A DNA stretch of 64,000 nucleotides from Calditrichales bacterium (GTDB taxonomy: Bacteria > Calditrichota > Calditrichia > Calditrichales > J004): the NCBI GenBank assembly GCA_965267575.1, contig OZ254086.1, positions 1,184,001 through 1,248,000 of the forward strand, read 5' to 3'. Shown piece after piece: positions 40,744 through 48,942 of this stretch (the first letter of the stretch is position 1; each line of letters opens with the position of its first letter). Under the pieces are notes generated by a model, which was given only the letters and a program-made list of their open reading frames with translations, ran no database searches and was not told the DNA's origin. Made by a program: the position numbers and the translations under genes.

Positions 40744-41280
40744 TTAATTTTTAGACAACGGTACTGCTACTATTTTCTTTCCCTTTCTTTTAAAGCCATT
40801 TAATTCTCGTAACTTTTCAAAAGTTGATCGATCATATTCTGGATTTAATGCATATTCTAGTTTTTGTATTATTTCAAACATTATTGTTATCCCATCAACA
40901 GCTATTACTTGTTCTATAAATTTTTTACTAACAAATTTTGAAGTATAAAGTTTTAATGCTTTAAGAAAATAAAACTTAACATGTCTTCTGGCTTTATCAA
41001 TTTCCTGAGCTTTTTCATCACCATTTGCAAGGTTTTCAATCCATTTTTCATTAAAATCATTTGGACTTTCATCTTTCCAATTTTTTAAGATTCTTAAACT
41101 ATTTACCATTTTATAGTCACTGTATTCTTCTAAAAATTGTAAATATAAATTGGCTTCCGTTGTTGATTTGATAGCTTTTGCTGATAACCATGCTGCGATT
41201 GCGGAGAAAGACGCTGCGATTGCTGTAATTGCGGTTAGTATCAAAATGCCTAATTGTTGGATTTCTGTATTACTTTCCAT
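40744..41280 (-). CDS. Cassette gene: N-terminal TM, helical protein (DUF4760-like)
   Basis: AT-rich ORF bounded by GTTATACAGG and CCTGTATAAC; family assignment tentative. Confidence 0.7.
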   Translation of the reverse strand: MESNTEIQQLGILILTAITAIAASFSAIAAWLSAKAIKSTTEANLYLQFLEEYSDYKMVNSLRILKNWKDESPNDFNEKWIENLANGDEKAQEIDKARRHVKFYFLKALKLYTSKFVSKKFIEQVIAVDGITIMFEIIQKLEYALNPEYDRSTFEKLRELNGFKRKGKKIVAVPLSKN

Positions 41281-41307
41281 TTGTGGGCTTTCAATTTTAT
41301 AAAACCT

Positions 41308-41405
41308 GTATAACGTTTTGGCATAAGAGGCGCGAACGCTTGATACGCTTAACTTTGCAAAATCATGCCCCGCGTGAAGCGTCCTGCTTAATGCCTTTGT
41401 TAGCA
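41308..41405 (-). other. attC site
   Basis: Minus: TGCTAAC-AAAGG-CATTAAG...CTTATGC-CAAAAC-GTTATAC. Confidence 0.85.
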
Positions 41406-41421
41406 GCTATTTAAGTAGCAG

Positions 41422-42183
41422 CTATTTAAGATTATAATATTTATTAATTTCTTGTATTAATCCCACATCAGTATGTACGCCTGGCATTACTTTGGGGTTT
41501 TCATCAGAATTCACCAAAATATACCCAACAGATCTCTCATATTCGCTTGTAAAAATCGGAACTGATTCATGTTCTGGAAGCCACACACTTATAATTTCTG
41601 CAGAAGTATTCACAACTTTTATTTTTTCTTCATCTAAGTATGGTTTTATTTTCTCTGAATAATACATAAAGTCAGAAATCATTTCATTAAAGCCGGATTC
41701 TTCATTTTGGGATTTCGTATCTATCTCTTCTTGAGAAGGTTGATACAAAATTACACAAGGCTCAGAGATAAATTGAACTTTATCATTTTGGTGGATGATT
41801 TTTATATCATCAATTTGAGCATGTATTTTAATATACTTTGTTTGGCTACCTTCGATATAGCTTATATAAATGGAAGTTGACGTTCTGATTAGTTTGGGAG
41901 CATACATTGGTGAGAATCTAAATAATGATTGATTTGGATATTCACCATACTCTGAAACAGCTACAAAGATATTATTGGTAATTTCTCCATTGGAAAAGCC
42001 TGCGCTTCCAGGTTCATTTGAAGTACTACAAATCCTTATTATTAACGAATCATTCCTAATTTCACCAAGAATTTCTATTTCATTAAAAAGTTTTTTTAAA
42101 CTCTCATCACTAATTTTTGAAACTGAAACCTGAGAATAAGAATAAACAATAAATAAACTGAGAATAAAGAATATTTTTTTCAT
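41422..42183 (-). CDS. Cassette gene: secreted hypothetical protein
   Basis: Signal peptide MKKIFFILSLF; bounded by GTTATCAGC and GCTGCTAAC. Confidence 0.75.
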   Translation of the reverse strand: MKKIFFILSLFIVYSYSQVSVSKISDESLKKLFNEIEILGEIRNDSLIIRICSTSNEPGSAGFSNGEITNNIFVAVSEYGEYPNQSLFRFSPMYAPKLIRTSTSIYISYIEGSQTKYIKIHAQIDDIKIIHQNDKVQFISEPCVILYQPSQEEIDTKSQNEESGFNEMISDFMYYSEKIKPYLDEEKIKVVNTSAEIISVWLPEHESVPIFTSEYERSVGYILVNSDENPKVMPGVHTDVGLIQEINKYYNLK

Positions 42184-42192
42184 AATGTTTTA

Positions 42193-42235
42193 GCTGATAA
42201 CAAGTATTAGACGTACTAAAATCCATGTTATAACA
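42193..42235 (-). other. attI-like site of left array
   Basis: ...TTTTAGTACGTCTAATACTT-GTTATCAGC; no attC hairpin upstream of this GTT. Confidence 0.55.
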
Positions 42236-42477
42236 TTCCTAATTAGTATTTTTTATATGTGGAAAAAATTCCATATAAAACACCTATAGCGTGGTATAGG
42301 TGGAAAATTTTCCATATAAAAACACGGTTTTAGACACCCTATTTTATTTTGGGATAATATAACCTCAAAGAAGCAGCAAAACAGCTTTTTTTCCACCGTT
42401 TAATACTCTTCTCCCTAAGAGTCAAGATGTTGCGTCTCTACACAAATATCGTCTCCAAGCCTGGCAGGGTGGAGAAA

Positions 42478-42703
42478 CGGGAGTGTATGTAAGGCTGCTA
42501 CAACTTTCATTTCCTGGATTCCTGTTTTCACGGGAATGACATGCCGGAAAGGGACGGGCATTTTTTGTTACTGTGAAATAATAAGAAATGGGAAAGATCC
42601 CGGTGTGGCTCAGCCGCCAACCGGGATGACGCTCCATTTCATGAACAAGATTTACCTGAACACGCACTCTAACACCTTAACACCCAAACACTTTAGCACA
42701 CTC
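42478..42703. repeat. Composite repeat, inverted copy of 50163-50423
   Basis: TTCATTTCCTGGATTCCTGTTTTCACGGGAATGACATGCCGG block plus CAAGATTTACCTGAACACG/AACACC block. Confidence 0.8.
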
Positions 42704-42706
42704 TTT

Positions 42707-43984
42707 CTACACACCCATTGCTTCCACAAGCCACAGGCTCAGGCCAGGCCAGTAGGTGATGATCAGCAGGGCGATCAGCAGAATAACCAGGAAGGGCAGC
42801 GTGGCGCGGTAGAGTTTCAGTACCGGCTGGTCAAAGCGGAAAGAGGCGATAAACAGGTTCATGCCCACGGGCGGCGTGGAGTAGCCGATGCCCAGGTTGG
42901 CCAGGAAGATGATGCCCAGGTGCACCGGGTCGATGCCGTAGTTGGCGGCGATGGGAATGATCAGCGGGGCCACCACCATGATTGCCGAGAAAATATCCAT
43001 CATCGCGCCGACAACCAGCAGGAACAGGTTCAGCACAATCAGGAAAGCGATTTTGGAGGTGATCAGCGTTTTCATGGCGTCGAGGATCTGCATCGGGATC
43101 TGCGCGTCCACCAGGTAATTGGCCAGCCCCAGCGCGGCGCCCAGTATCACCAAAATGCCCCCTACCATGATCATGCTGTCGTTGACCACGCGACGCAGGT
43201 CTTTTTTGATAGAAATATCGCGATAGATGAACACTTCCACGATCAGCACCCAGAAGGCGGTTATAGCCGCGGCTTCGGTGGCGGTAAACCAGCCCAGGTA
43301 AATCCCGGCCAGGATGACAAAGGGCAAAGGGATTTCAAAGGCGGCGTCACGTGTGGAGCTCCACAGCTCCGCCGCGTTGAAAGGCTTGCGTTTAACCGCG
43401 CTGCCACGCACCACCCACATGGCGTAAAGCGCCAATAGCAGCACCATCAGCGTGCCCGGCAGAATACCGGCCATAAAAAGCTTGTCGATGCTGGTTTCCG
43501 CCACCAGGCCGTACAAAATGATCGGCAGGCTGGGCGGGAAAAGCAGACCAAGATTGCCGGAAGCGGTCAGCATGCCCAGGCTGAATTTCTCGGAGTAGTT
43601 CTCCTCCATCAGGGCAGGCAAAAGCAGACCACCCAATGCCACGATCGTAACACCGGAGGCCCCGGTGAAGGCGGTAAACACGGCGCATGAAACCAGCGCC
43701 ACGATGGCCAGGCTGGCCGGCATCCAGCCGAACAGCGCCCGTGAAAAATTGACCAGCCGTTGCGGCGTGCGGCTTTCCGCCAGCAGGTAGCCCGCAAAGG
43801 TAAACAGCGGGATGGCCAGCAAAACCGGCTGACTCGCCAAACGGTACAATTCAATGATCAGCGCGCTGGAATCGATCTCAGCGGCGTGAAAGGCCAGCAG
43901 GGCAATCGCCGAAATGATGACGAAAAGGGGTGTGCCAAACAGGGTCAGAACCAGCAGCAGCAATCCAATCAGGAGGACAGTCAT
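42707..43984 (-). CDS. dctM: TRAP transporter large permease
   Basis: LLAIPLFTFAG, GLLFPPSLPIILYG, TPPVGMNLF. Confidence 0.92.
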   Translation of the reverse strand: MTVLLIGLLLLVLTLFGTPLFVIISAIALLAFHAAEIDSSALIIELYRLASQPVLLAIPLFTFAGYLLAESRTPQRLVNFSRALFGWMPASLAIVALVSCAVFTAFTGASGVTIVALGGLLLPALMEENYSEKFSLGMLTASGNLGLLFPPSLPIILYGLVAETSIDKLFMAGILPGTLMVLLLALYAMWVVRGSAVKRKPFNAAELWSSTRDAAFEIPLPFVILAGIYLGWFTATEAAAITAFWVLIVEVFIYRDISIKKDLRRVVNDSMIMVGGILVILGAALGLANYLVDAQIPMQILDAMKTLITSKIAFLIVLNLFLLVVGAMMDIFSAIMVVAPLIIPIAANYGIDPVHLGIIFLANLGIGYSTPPVGMNLFIASFRFDQPVLKLYRATLPFLVILLIALLIITYWPGLSLWLVEAMGV

Positions 43985-44478
43985 GATGCTTCCTCCCGCG
44001 GCTTAAGCGCCACTGCATTGTAAAGTGCCAGCAAGAGAAAGCGTACCCCCATCAGCGCGAATCCTATCGGGATGATCACCTGGAAATACCACGAGGGGAT
44101 ATCGTCGAACAGCGTGCCGCCATACATGCGTTCGTCCATTACAAATGTATATGACGCGTCTGCCAAAAAATAACAGACCACCACGGAAGCAATCTGCGTA
44201 ACAATTTTTGCCACGACCTGCGCGCGGCCTTTAAGCAGCCTGCCAAACACGTCGATGTTGATGTGCTTTTCATCGCGGGTGGCCAGCGAGGCGCCGACAA
44301 AACCAACCCACAGTACCAGGTGCCGCAGAAAAGCGTCGCCCCATAAAAAGCTTTGATCGAACAGGTTGCGCAGCAGCACCTGGGCAAAAGCCAGCAGCAC
44401 CATCACAAGCACTACCAGCACTAAAAACCACGATTCGACGCGCGCGAAGGCGCCGTTTATTTTTTCCAGTATGTTCAT
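43981..44478 (-). CDS. dctQ: TRAP transporter small permease
   Basis: 4 TMs, QVLLRN, GASLATRDEKHINID. Confidence 0.88.
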   Translation of the reverse strand: MNILEKINGAFARVESWFLVLVVLVMVLLAFAQVLLRNLFDQSFLWGDAFLRHLVLWVGFVGASLATRDEKHINIDVFGRLLKGRAQVVAKIVTQIASVVVCYFLADASYTFVMDERMYGGTLFDDIPSWYFQVIIPIGFALMGVRFLLLALYNAVALKPREEAS

Positions 44479-44577
44479 AAGTCGCCGTTTTTTTGGCCAT
44501 CAACATAGCGGATTTAAAAATATGCTTCAAGCGTTTTCGCCGTTTCATCATTGCCCGGCGATGCGTATTTTGGCGCA

Positions 44578-45887
44578 TGATGCGATTTCTCCTGGCACAC
44601 ACGGCACGTTACTTCCGCTCCTACCGTTTTAGCGGTCTGCTGGAGCTCTTTTTCCTGCTGCTGATCGTCTGGGCTTTTGGCGCCACGCGGCTGGCTTCTT
44701 TCACCGAGCGTTGGCTGGCCGAAGGCACCTCCGCGGGTCTGCTTTTTCTCAGCGCGCACATCTTCTGGCTGGCCGCGCAATGGACGCTTGTTTTCATCGT
44801 GGCCTTTTTGCTGCCGCGTCTGCCACAGGTAAAAGCCCTGCAGGGATTGCCTCTCAGCAACCGCCGTCTGCTCGGTTTACTGGCTGTTTTTTGCGCGCGC
44901 TACATGCTGGCCTTTGCCGCCCTATGGCTGATCGTTGTCTGGGCGCTGGCGGAAAGCGAGGCCTGGGTTGCGGCTTTGGGCGGGCTGCTGATGATGCCGG
45001 CGGGCCTGCTGTTCTCCATTGTTTTTATTCTTTTTGGGCGATTGCTTTTTGGGCAACGGCAACATTTCCTGTTTTTTACCCCGGCCCTGCTGCTGGCGGC
45101 GCACATACCCTTTACGCTTTTTTACTATTCCGGTTCAACGTTTGCCGCGGCCGATGCTGTTGTCGCGCTGCTTCTCGCCGGGTGGATGCTTTTTATGTTG
45201 CCCCGTCTGCCACAGCGTCACGCGGAAGATCTTTTCCCGGCTCCGGCGAACAGGCGCTCCGGTTTTTCCAGGCTTGCGCTGCCGCGATTGTTTGGCCGGC
45301 GCGTCCGGGCTCTCTGGCAGAAGGAGGTTTTATCGTTGTGGCGCAACCCGCGCTACCGGCGCCTAAAGCTGCTGCACCTGCTGTTGTTGTTAGCCGCCAA
45401 CAGCTGGGCCTTCACCCTACCCGCGGAGACACAGGTTTTTGCTCTCACGCTGATTGCCGCGACCTGGCTGTGGCTGCATTACAGTCACGGCTTTAACGAA
45501 AAATACGCCCACGCCGACGATGATATATTTTTGCTGACGCTGCCCTTGCGCCTGCGTCACCTGCTGGCCGCCAAATACCTGGCCGAGCTGCCGGCCTTGC
45601 TGCTGCTGTTTGCCGTCCAGGGCGCTTTTATGGTGCTGGCCTCGGGGAGCACCGTGGCGCTGCAGGCGCTGATCGTGTTATTCATTTTTGCCCATTTCGT
45701 ATTGCTGATCATGCTCAATTTCCGCATCCTCTTTCACAACGATCCGCGCAGCGCCGGCTACCTGTACCATTTTGTGGTGCTGTTTATCGGGCTGATGAGT
45801 TACAATTACCGGCTGGTGGGACCGCTCGTGGCACTGGGACTATTGATTTACTACTTTGACAAAAACAGGCGTTACCTGAACCACTGA
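44578..45887 (+). CDS. Putative ABC transporter permease (start uncertain, 44493-44581)
   Basis: Multi-TM, ALWQKE..LWRNP and LLTLP....LLAAKY motifs; coupled to ATPase gene. Confidence 0.7.
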
Positions 45888-46510
45888 TGCACACACTTAA
45901 AACAGATAACCTGCAGCTTTATTACGAAGATATTCCCGCGCTTAAAGGCGTCACCTTGGAATTGTCCTCCGGGCAAATCTACGGTTTGCAGGGCCCCAAC
46001 GGCGCCGGCAAAAGTACTCTGCTGAAAATCGCTGCCGGCATCATCACCGCCTACCGCGGTTCCATTTCTCTGGATGGATACGAAGTACGCGGGGAACGTT
46101 TTTGGATCAAGAAAAACAGCTGCTACTGCGCGGAGCAGGCCAGTCTGATGCCCTACCTGAGCGGTCGCGAATACCTCACCATGATCGCCGATATTTACGA
46201 CGCGGACAAAAATGTAATCAACACATACTTAGAATTGTGCAACCTGGAGCATGAGGCCGATACGCTGGTGGAAGACTACAGCCATGGCATGCGTCAAAAA
46301 CTGGCCCTGGCCGGCGCTTTCCTGCCGCAGCCGCCGTTCCTTTTCCTGGATGAAGCGCTGAACGGGCTGGATCAGGTCACAACCGAAAAAGTACTCAGTT
46401 ATCTCGCGGGCTTAGAACAGACTTTGGTCGTTTTTGCGTCACACCAGGCAGAGCTTCTGCAGCGCACTTGTACAACCGTTCTGCGTATTGAAGACGGAAA
46501 AATTGTCTGA
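45887..46510 (+). CDS. ABC transporter ATP-binding protein
   Basis: GPNGAGKST, YSHGMRQK, FLDEALNGLD. Confidence 0.9.
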   Translation: MHTLKTDNLQLYYEDIPALKGVTLELSSGQIYGLQGPNGAGKSTLLKIAAGIITAYRGSISLDGYEVRGERFWIKKNSCYCAEQASLMPYLSGREYLTMIADIYDADKNVINTYLELCNLEHEADTLVEDYSHGMRQKLALAGAFLPQPPFLFLDEALNGLDQVTTEKVLSYLAGLEQTLVVFASHQAELLQRTCTTVLRIEDGKIV

Positions 46511-46547
46511 GAACGCCCTATCGTCAAAGGAAATAATACTTTAGCTA

Positions 46548-46594
46548 TTGCATCTACAGGTAAACGGATGTATACTTGGTGTACTATTGTATAT
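46548..46594 (+). promoter_or_regulatory. lexA promoter with candidate SOS box
   Basis: TTGCAT-N17-TATACT followed by GTGTAC-TATT-GTATAT (46579-46594). Confidence 0.7.
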
Positions 46595-46611
46595 TAAACC
46601 GGGAGTACACC

Positions 46612-47232
46612 ATGAGCAAGGGTCTCACCCGCCGTCAGCAGGAAATAATGGAGATCATCACCGATCACATCAAACGTAAGGGATACGCGCCCACCTACCA
46701 GGAGTTGGCTGACCGGCTCAACATCAAATCCAAATACGCCATTTTAAAGCACATCGATAGTCTTGTTTCCAAGGGCTATCTGGAGAAGGACTCTTCGGCG
46801 CGGGCGTTGCGCGTGGTGCATCCGGATTTTATGCCGGCCAATAATAACGAATACGAGCTGCCGCTGATCGGTCGCGTGGCGGCCGGTTATCCCATCCTGG
46901 CCCAGGAAAACGTGGAACGCTATGTCTCCATCCCGCGGGCGATGGTTAAAGCCGAGGGCCGCTACTTCGCCCTGAAGGTGCGTGGCGATTCGATGATCAA
47001 CGCCGGTATTTTTGAAGATGACATCGTTGTGGTGCTGGCTGCGCAGAGTGCTTACAACCGCGACATCGTTGTGGCCCTGGTGGATGACGAAGTGACGGTA
47101 AAGCGCCTCATCCGCGATGGTGGCCAAACCTACCTGAAAGCCGAAAACCCGGATTACGAGGACATCTACCCGCAAGGCCAATGGTCCATCCAGGGCAAGG
47201 TGGTTGGATTGATCCGTGAAATGGCAAATTAG
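46612..47232 (+). CDS. lexA: SOS repressor LexA
   Basis: LTRRQQEI...GYAPT wHTH, GRVAAG cleavage site, GDSM Ser, TVKR Lys. Confidence 0.95.
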   Translation: MSKGLTRRQQEIMEIITDHIKRKGYAPTYQELADRLNIKSKYAILKHIDSLVSKGYLEKDSSARALRVVHPDFMPANNNEYELPLIGRVAAGYPILAQENVERYVSIPRAMVKAEGRYFALKVRGDSMINAGIFEDDIVVVLAAQSAYNRDIVVALVDDEVTVKRLIRDGGQTYLKAENPDYEDIYPQGQWSIQGKVVGLIREMAN

Positions 47233-47363
47233 AAGAGTGGCGGGTTGAATTATTGAATAGATGAATTGATGGATTAGAGAATCTTCAAAAATTGAAGCAC
47301 GTTCTTTTCAAAAATTCAAATATTCAACCATTCACTAATTCAGTATTTCATACATTCACTTCT

Positions 47364-47753
47364 ATGGAACTCTACAACATTCCTCTTTTTGGCGAGGTGC
47401 ACATTGAGCACGACGGACCCTGGCAGGGCGATTACGACCTGGGCGAGCTCATCCGCAATGTGCGTGCCCGCGAAGCCGAAACCATCACCGTGCGTGCCGC
47501 CGATGACGGCCTGATCAGCGACGGTATTTACCCCAACGATTTTCTCACCGTGGACATGAAGCGCAAACCACACGATGGCGATATTGCAGTGGTGCGCCTG
47601 GGTCACCGTGTGTATGCACGTAAGATTTTTTTTGAGAAGAAATTTGTCCGCCTGGAAACCAGCGGCGACAACCCCGCCCCCCTGATCATAGAACCCAAGA
47701 CCCCGGGATTTGAATTAGTCGGCCGTGTGGTGACGGTGATACGGGAATTGTAG
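47364..47753 (+). CDS. S24/UmuD-like protein lacking catalytic residues
   Basis: Aligns to LexA C-terminal domain (IPLFGEV, GIYPND, DGDIAVV, LVGRVV) but AG->IE, GDSM->DDGL, VKR->ARK; no HTH. Confidence 0.72.
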   Translation: MELYNIPLFGEVHIEHDGPWQGDYDLGELIRNVRAREAETITVRAADDGLISDGIYPNDFLTVDMKRKPHDGDIAVVRLGHRVYARKIFFEKKFVRLETSGDNPAPLIIEPKTPGFELVGRVVTVIREL

Positions 47754-47758
47754 GAGAA

Positions 47759-48157
47759 CTATTTTAATAGTTTAAAGTCTTTTGATTTGGCCGCCGTTTT
47801 ATCCAGGGTAACCGTATAATCACAGCCCTCACGTTTGTTGTAAACGGCGATCAAATAGTCAGAAAAATCTGCCTGGCCCTGCGCAAATAACAGAGCCGCT
47901 TGTCGAGCATCCGTTGCCTTCTCAACTTTTAACTCTTTCGAATCCAAAAGGGTATTTAGTACTTCAACAATAAGCTCTTTAGGATATTTATACGCGCGTT
48001 TTAAAACCCAAACTAATTCACATAAGACGACAGTATTAATAAAGCCCGGACTTTCGATAGTGCAATTATTCTCAATAAATTCGCTTGCTAAAGCCGCTTG
48101 ACCTGGATCATCTTGTACGACATAGCGGACGATTACATTGCTGTCAAGGCCCTTCAT
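47759..48157 (-). CDS. vapC: PIN-domain toxin (VapC family)
   Basis: GLDSNVIVRY, LCELVWVL, ADFSDYLI, TLDK. Confidence 0.88.
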   Translation of the reverse strand: MKGLDSNVIVRYVVQDDPGQAALASEFIENNCTIESPGFINTVVLCELVWVLKRAYKYPKELIVEVLNTLLDSKELKVEKATDARQAALLFAQGQADFSDYLIAVYNKREGCDYTVTLDKTAAKSKDFKLLK

Positions 48158-48386
48158 TATTCTCTCCGCCTTCAATTGCAGCTTGCATTTCTTCTAAACT
48201 CACCACATAGTCCGGCTTTGGAAGTATCCCTTTTAATTTCTTAACAGAGGTCTTTACCGGCGCCAGATATATTCGACCAGAATCATCTAAAACGAAATCT
48301 ATTTTATCCCCAGTATTTAGATTCAGTTTTTTTCTGATCTTGCCCGGGAGTGTAATTTGACCTTTGCTCGTAAGCGTAGATGTCAT
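48144..48386 (-). CDS. AbrB/MazE/SpoVT family antitoxin
   Basis: STLTSKGQITLPGKIRKKLNL..GD; overlaps toxin start. Confidence 0.88.
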   Translation of the reverse strand: MTSTLTSKGQITLPGKIRKKLNLNTGDKIDFVLDDSGRIYLAPVKTSVKKLKGILPKPDYVVSLEEMQAAIEGGENNEGP

Positions 48387-48406
48387 TTCAAAAACCCTCA
48401 TCATTT

Positions 48407-48423
48407 CCTTACTAAAGGTAAGG
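48407..48423. promoter_or_regulatory. Candidate TA autoregulatory operator
   Basis: CCTTAC-TAAAG-GTAAGG palindrome upstream of antitoxin. Confidence 0.55.
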
Positions 48424-48624
48424 GAATTTCCTTGAAATGTAAAATTTGTTTAGGACGAAAAAATCTATTTTCGTTGAGAAGCATTTTTGCGCCATTTAGC
48501 GCCGGCTGTCATCTCAAATCCCCGGTTAGGGGTGAGAGATCAAGGAGCTACCGATGCAGCCCGAACTCCTCGCGTCCCAAAAATCCGTCCATTCCCCATT
48601 CCCAATTTTTTAATTCCCGCAACG

Positions 48625-48672
48625 TTGCCCCGCGCCCGGCTTCTCCTTATATTTTGGTGTACATAAGTACAC
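48625..48672 (+). promoter_or_regulatory. Promoter with candidate SOS box for polymerase operon
   Basis: TTGCCC-N17-TATATT followed by perfect-armed GTGTAC-ATAA-GTACAC (48657-48672). Confidence 0.72.
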
Positions 48673-48679
48673 TACAAGG

Positions 48680-48940
48680 ATGAGCATGAAATTTGAAGAC
48701 ATCTTCGAGCCGATCGAAGTGATCACCCATTTCAAGGATGGCAAACTGCGGCCCCTGCGCTTTAAGTGGAACGGCCGGGTTTACAAAGTGCGCCAGTGGA
48801 ACGGCAACTGGATCAACCACCAGGGCTATACCAAGCAGTACCACTTTTCCGTGCGCGCCGACAGCTCCGACTATATCGAGCTGCTGTTTGACGACTCCAC
48901 CCTGCAATGGCAGATCGCCCGTGTCTGCCTGGAAGGATAG
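48680..48940 (+). CDS. Small DUF6504/ImuB-C-like protein, probable Y-family polymerase partner
   Basis: EPIEV...PLRFKWNGRVYKV...W...HFSV...ELLFD...WQI pattern; 2 bp upstream of the polymerase. Confidence 0.65.
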   Translation: MSMKFEDIFEPIEVITHFKDGKLRPLRFKWNGRVYKVRQWNGNWINHQGYTKQYHFSVRADSSDYIELLFDDSTLQWQIARVCLEG

Positions 48941-48942
48941 CC

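Noticed and set aside
42193-42330. SOS box near the attI-like sites
   Set aside because: Only an isolated GTAC half-site; no GTAC-N4-GTAC, so SOS control of the arrays is unsupported
42326-42700. Integron integrase expected upstream of the left array (likewise 50160-50600 for the right)
   Set aside because: No ORF with tyrosine-recombinase motifs; the short ORFs there translate repeat sequence
42536-43438. 300-aa plus-strand ORF
   Set aside because: Antisense to dctM; similar shadow ORFs (35122-35904, 44711-45496, 49267-49944) also rejected
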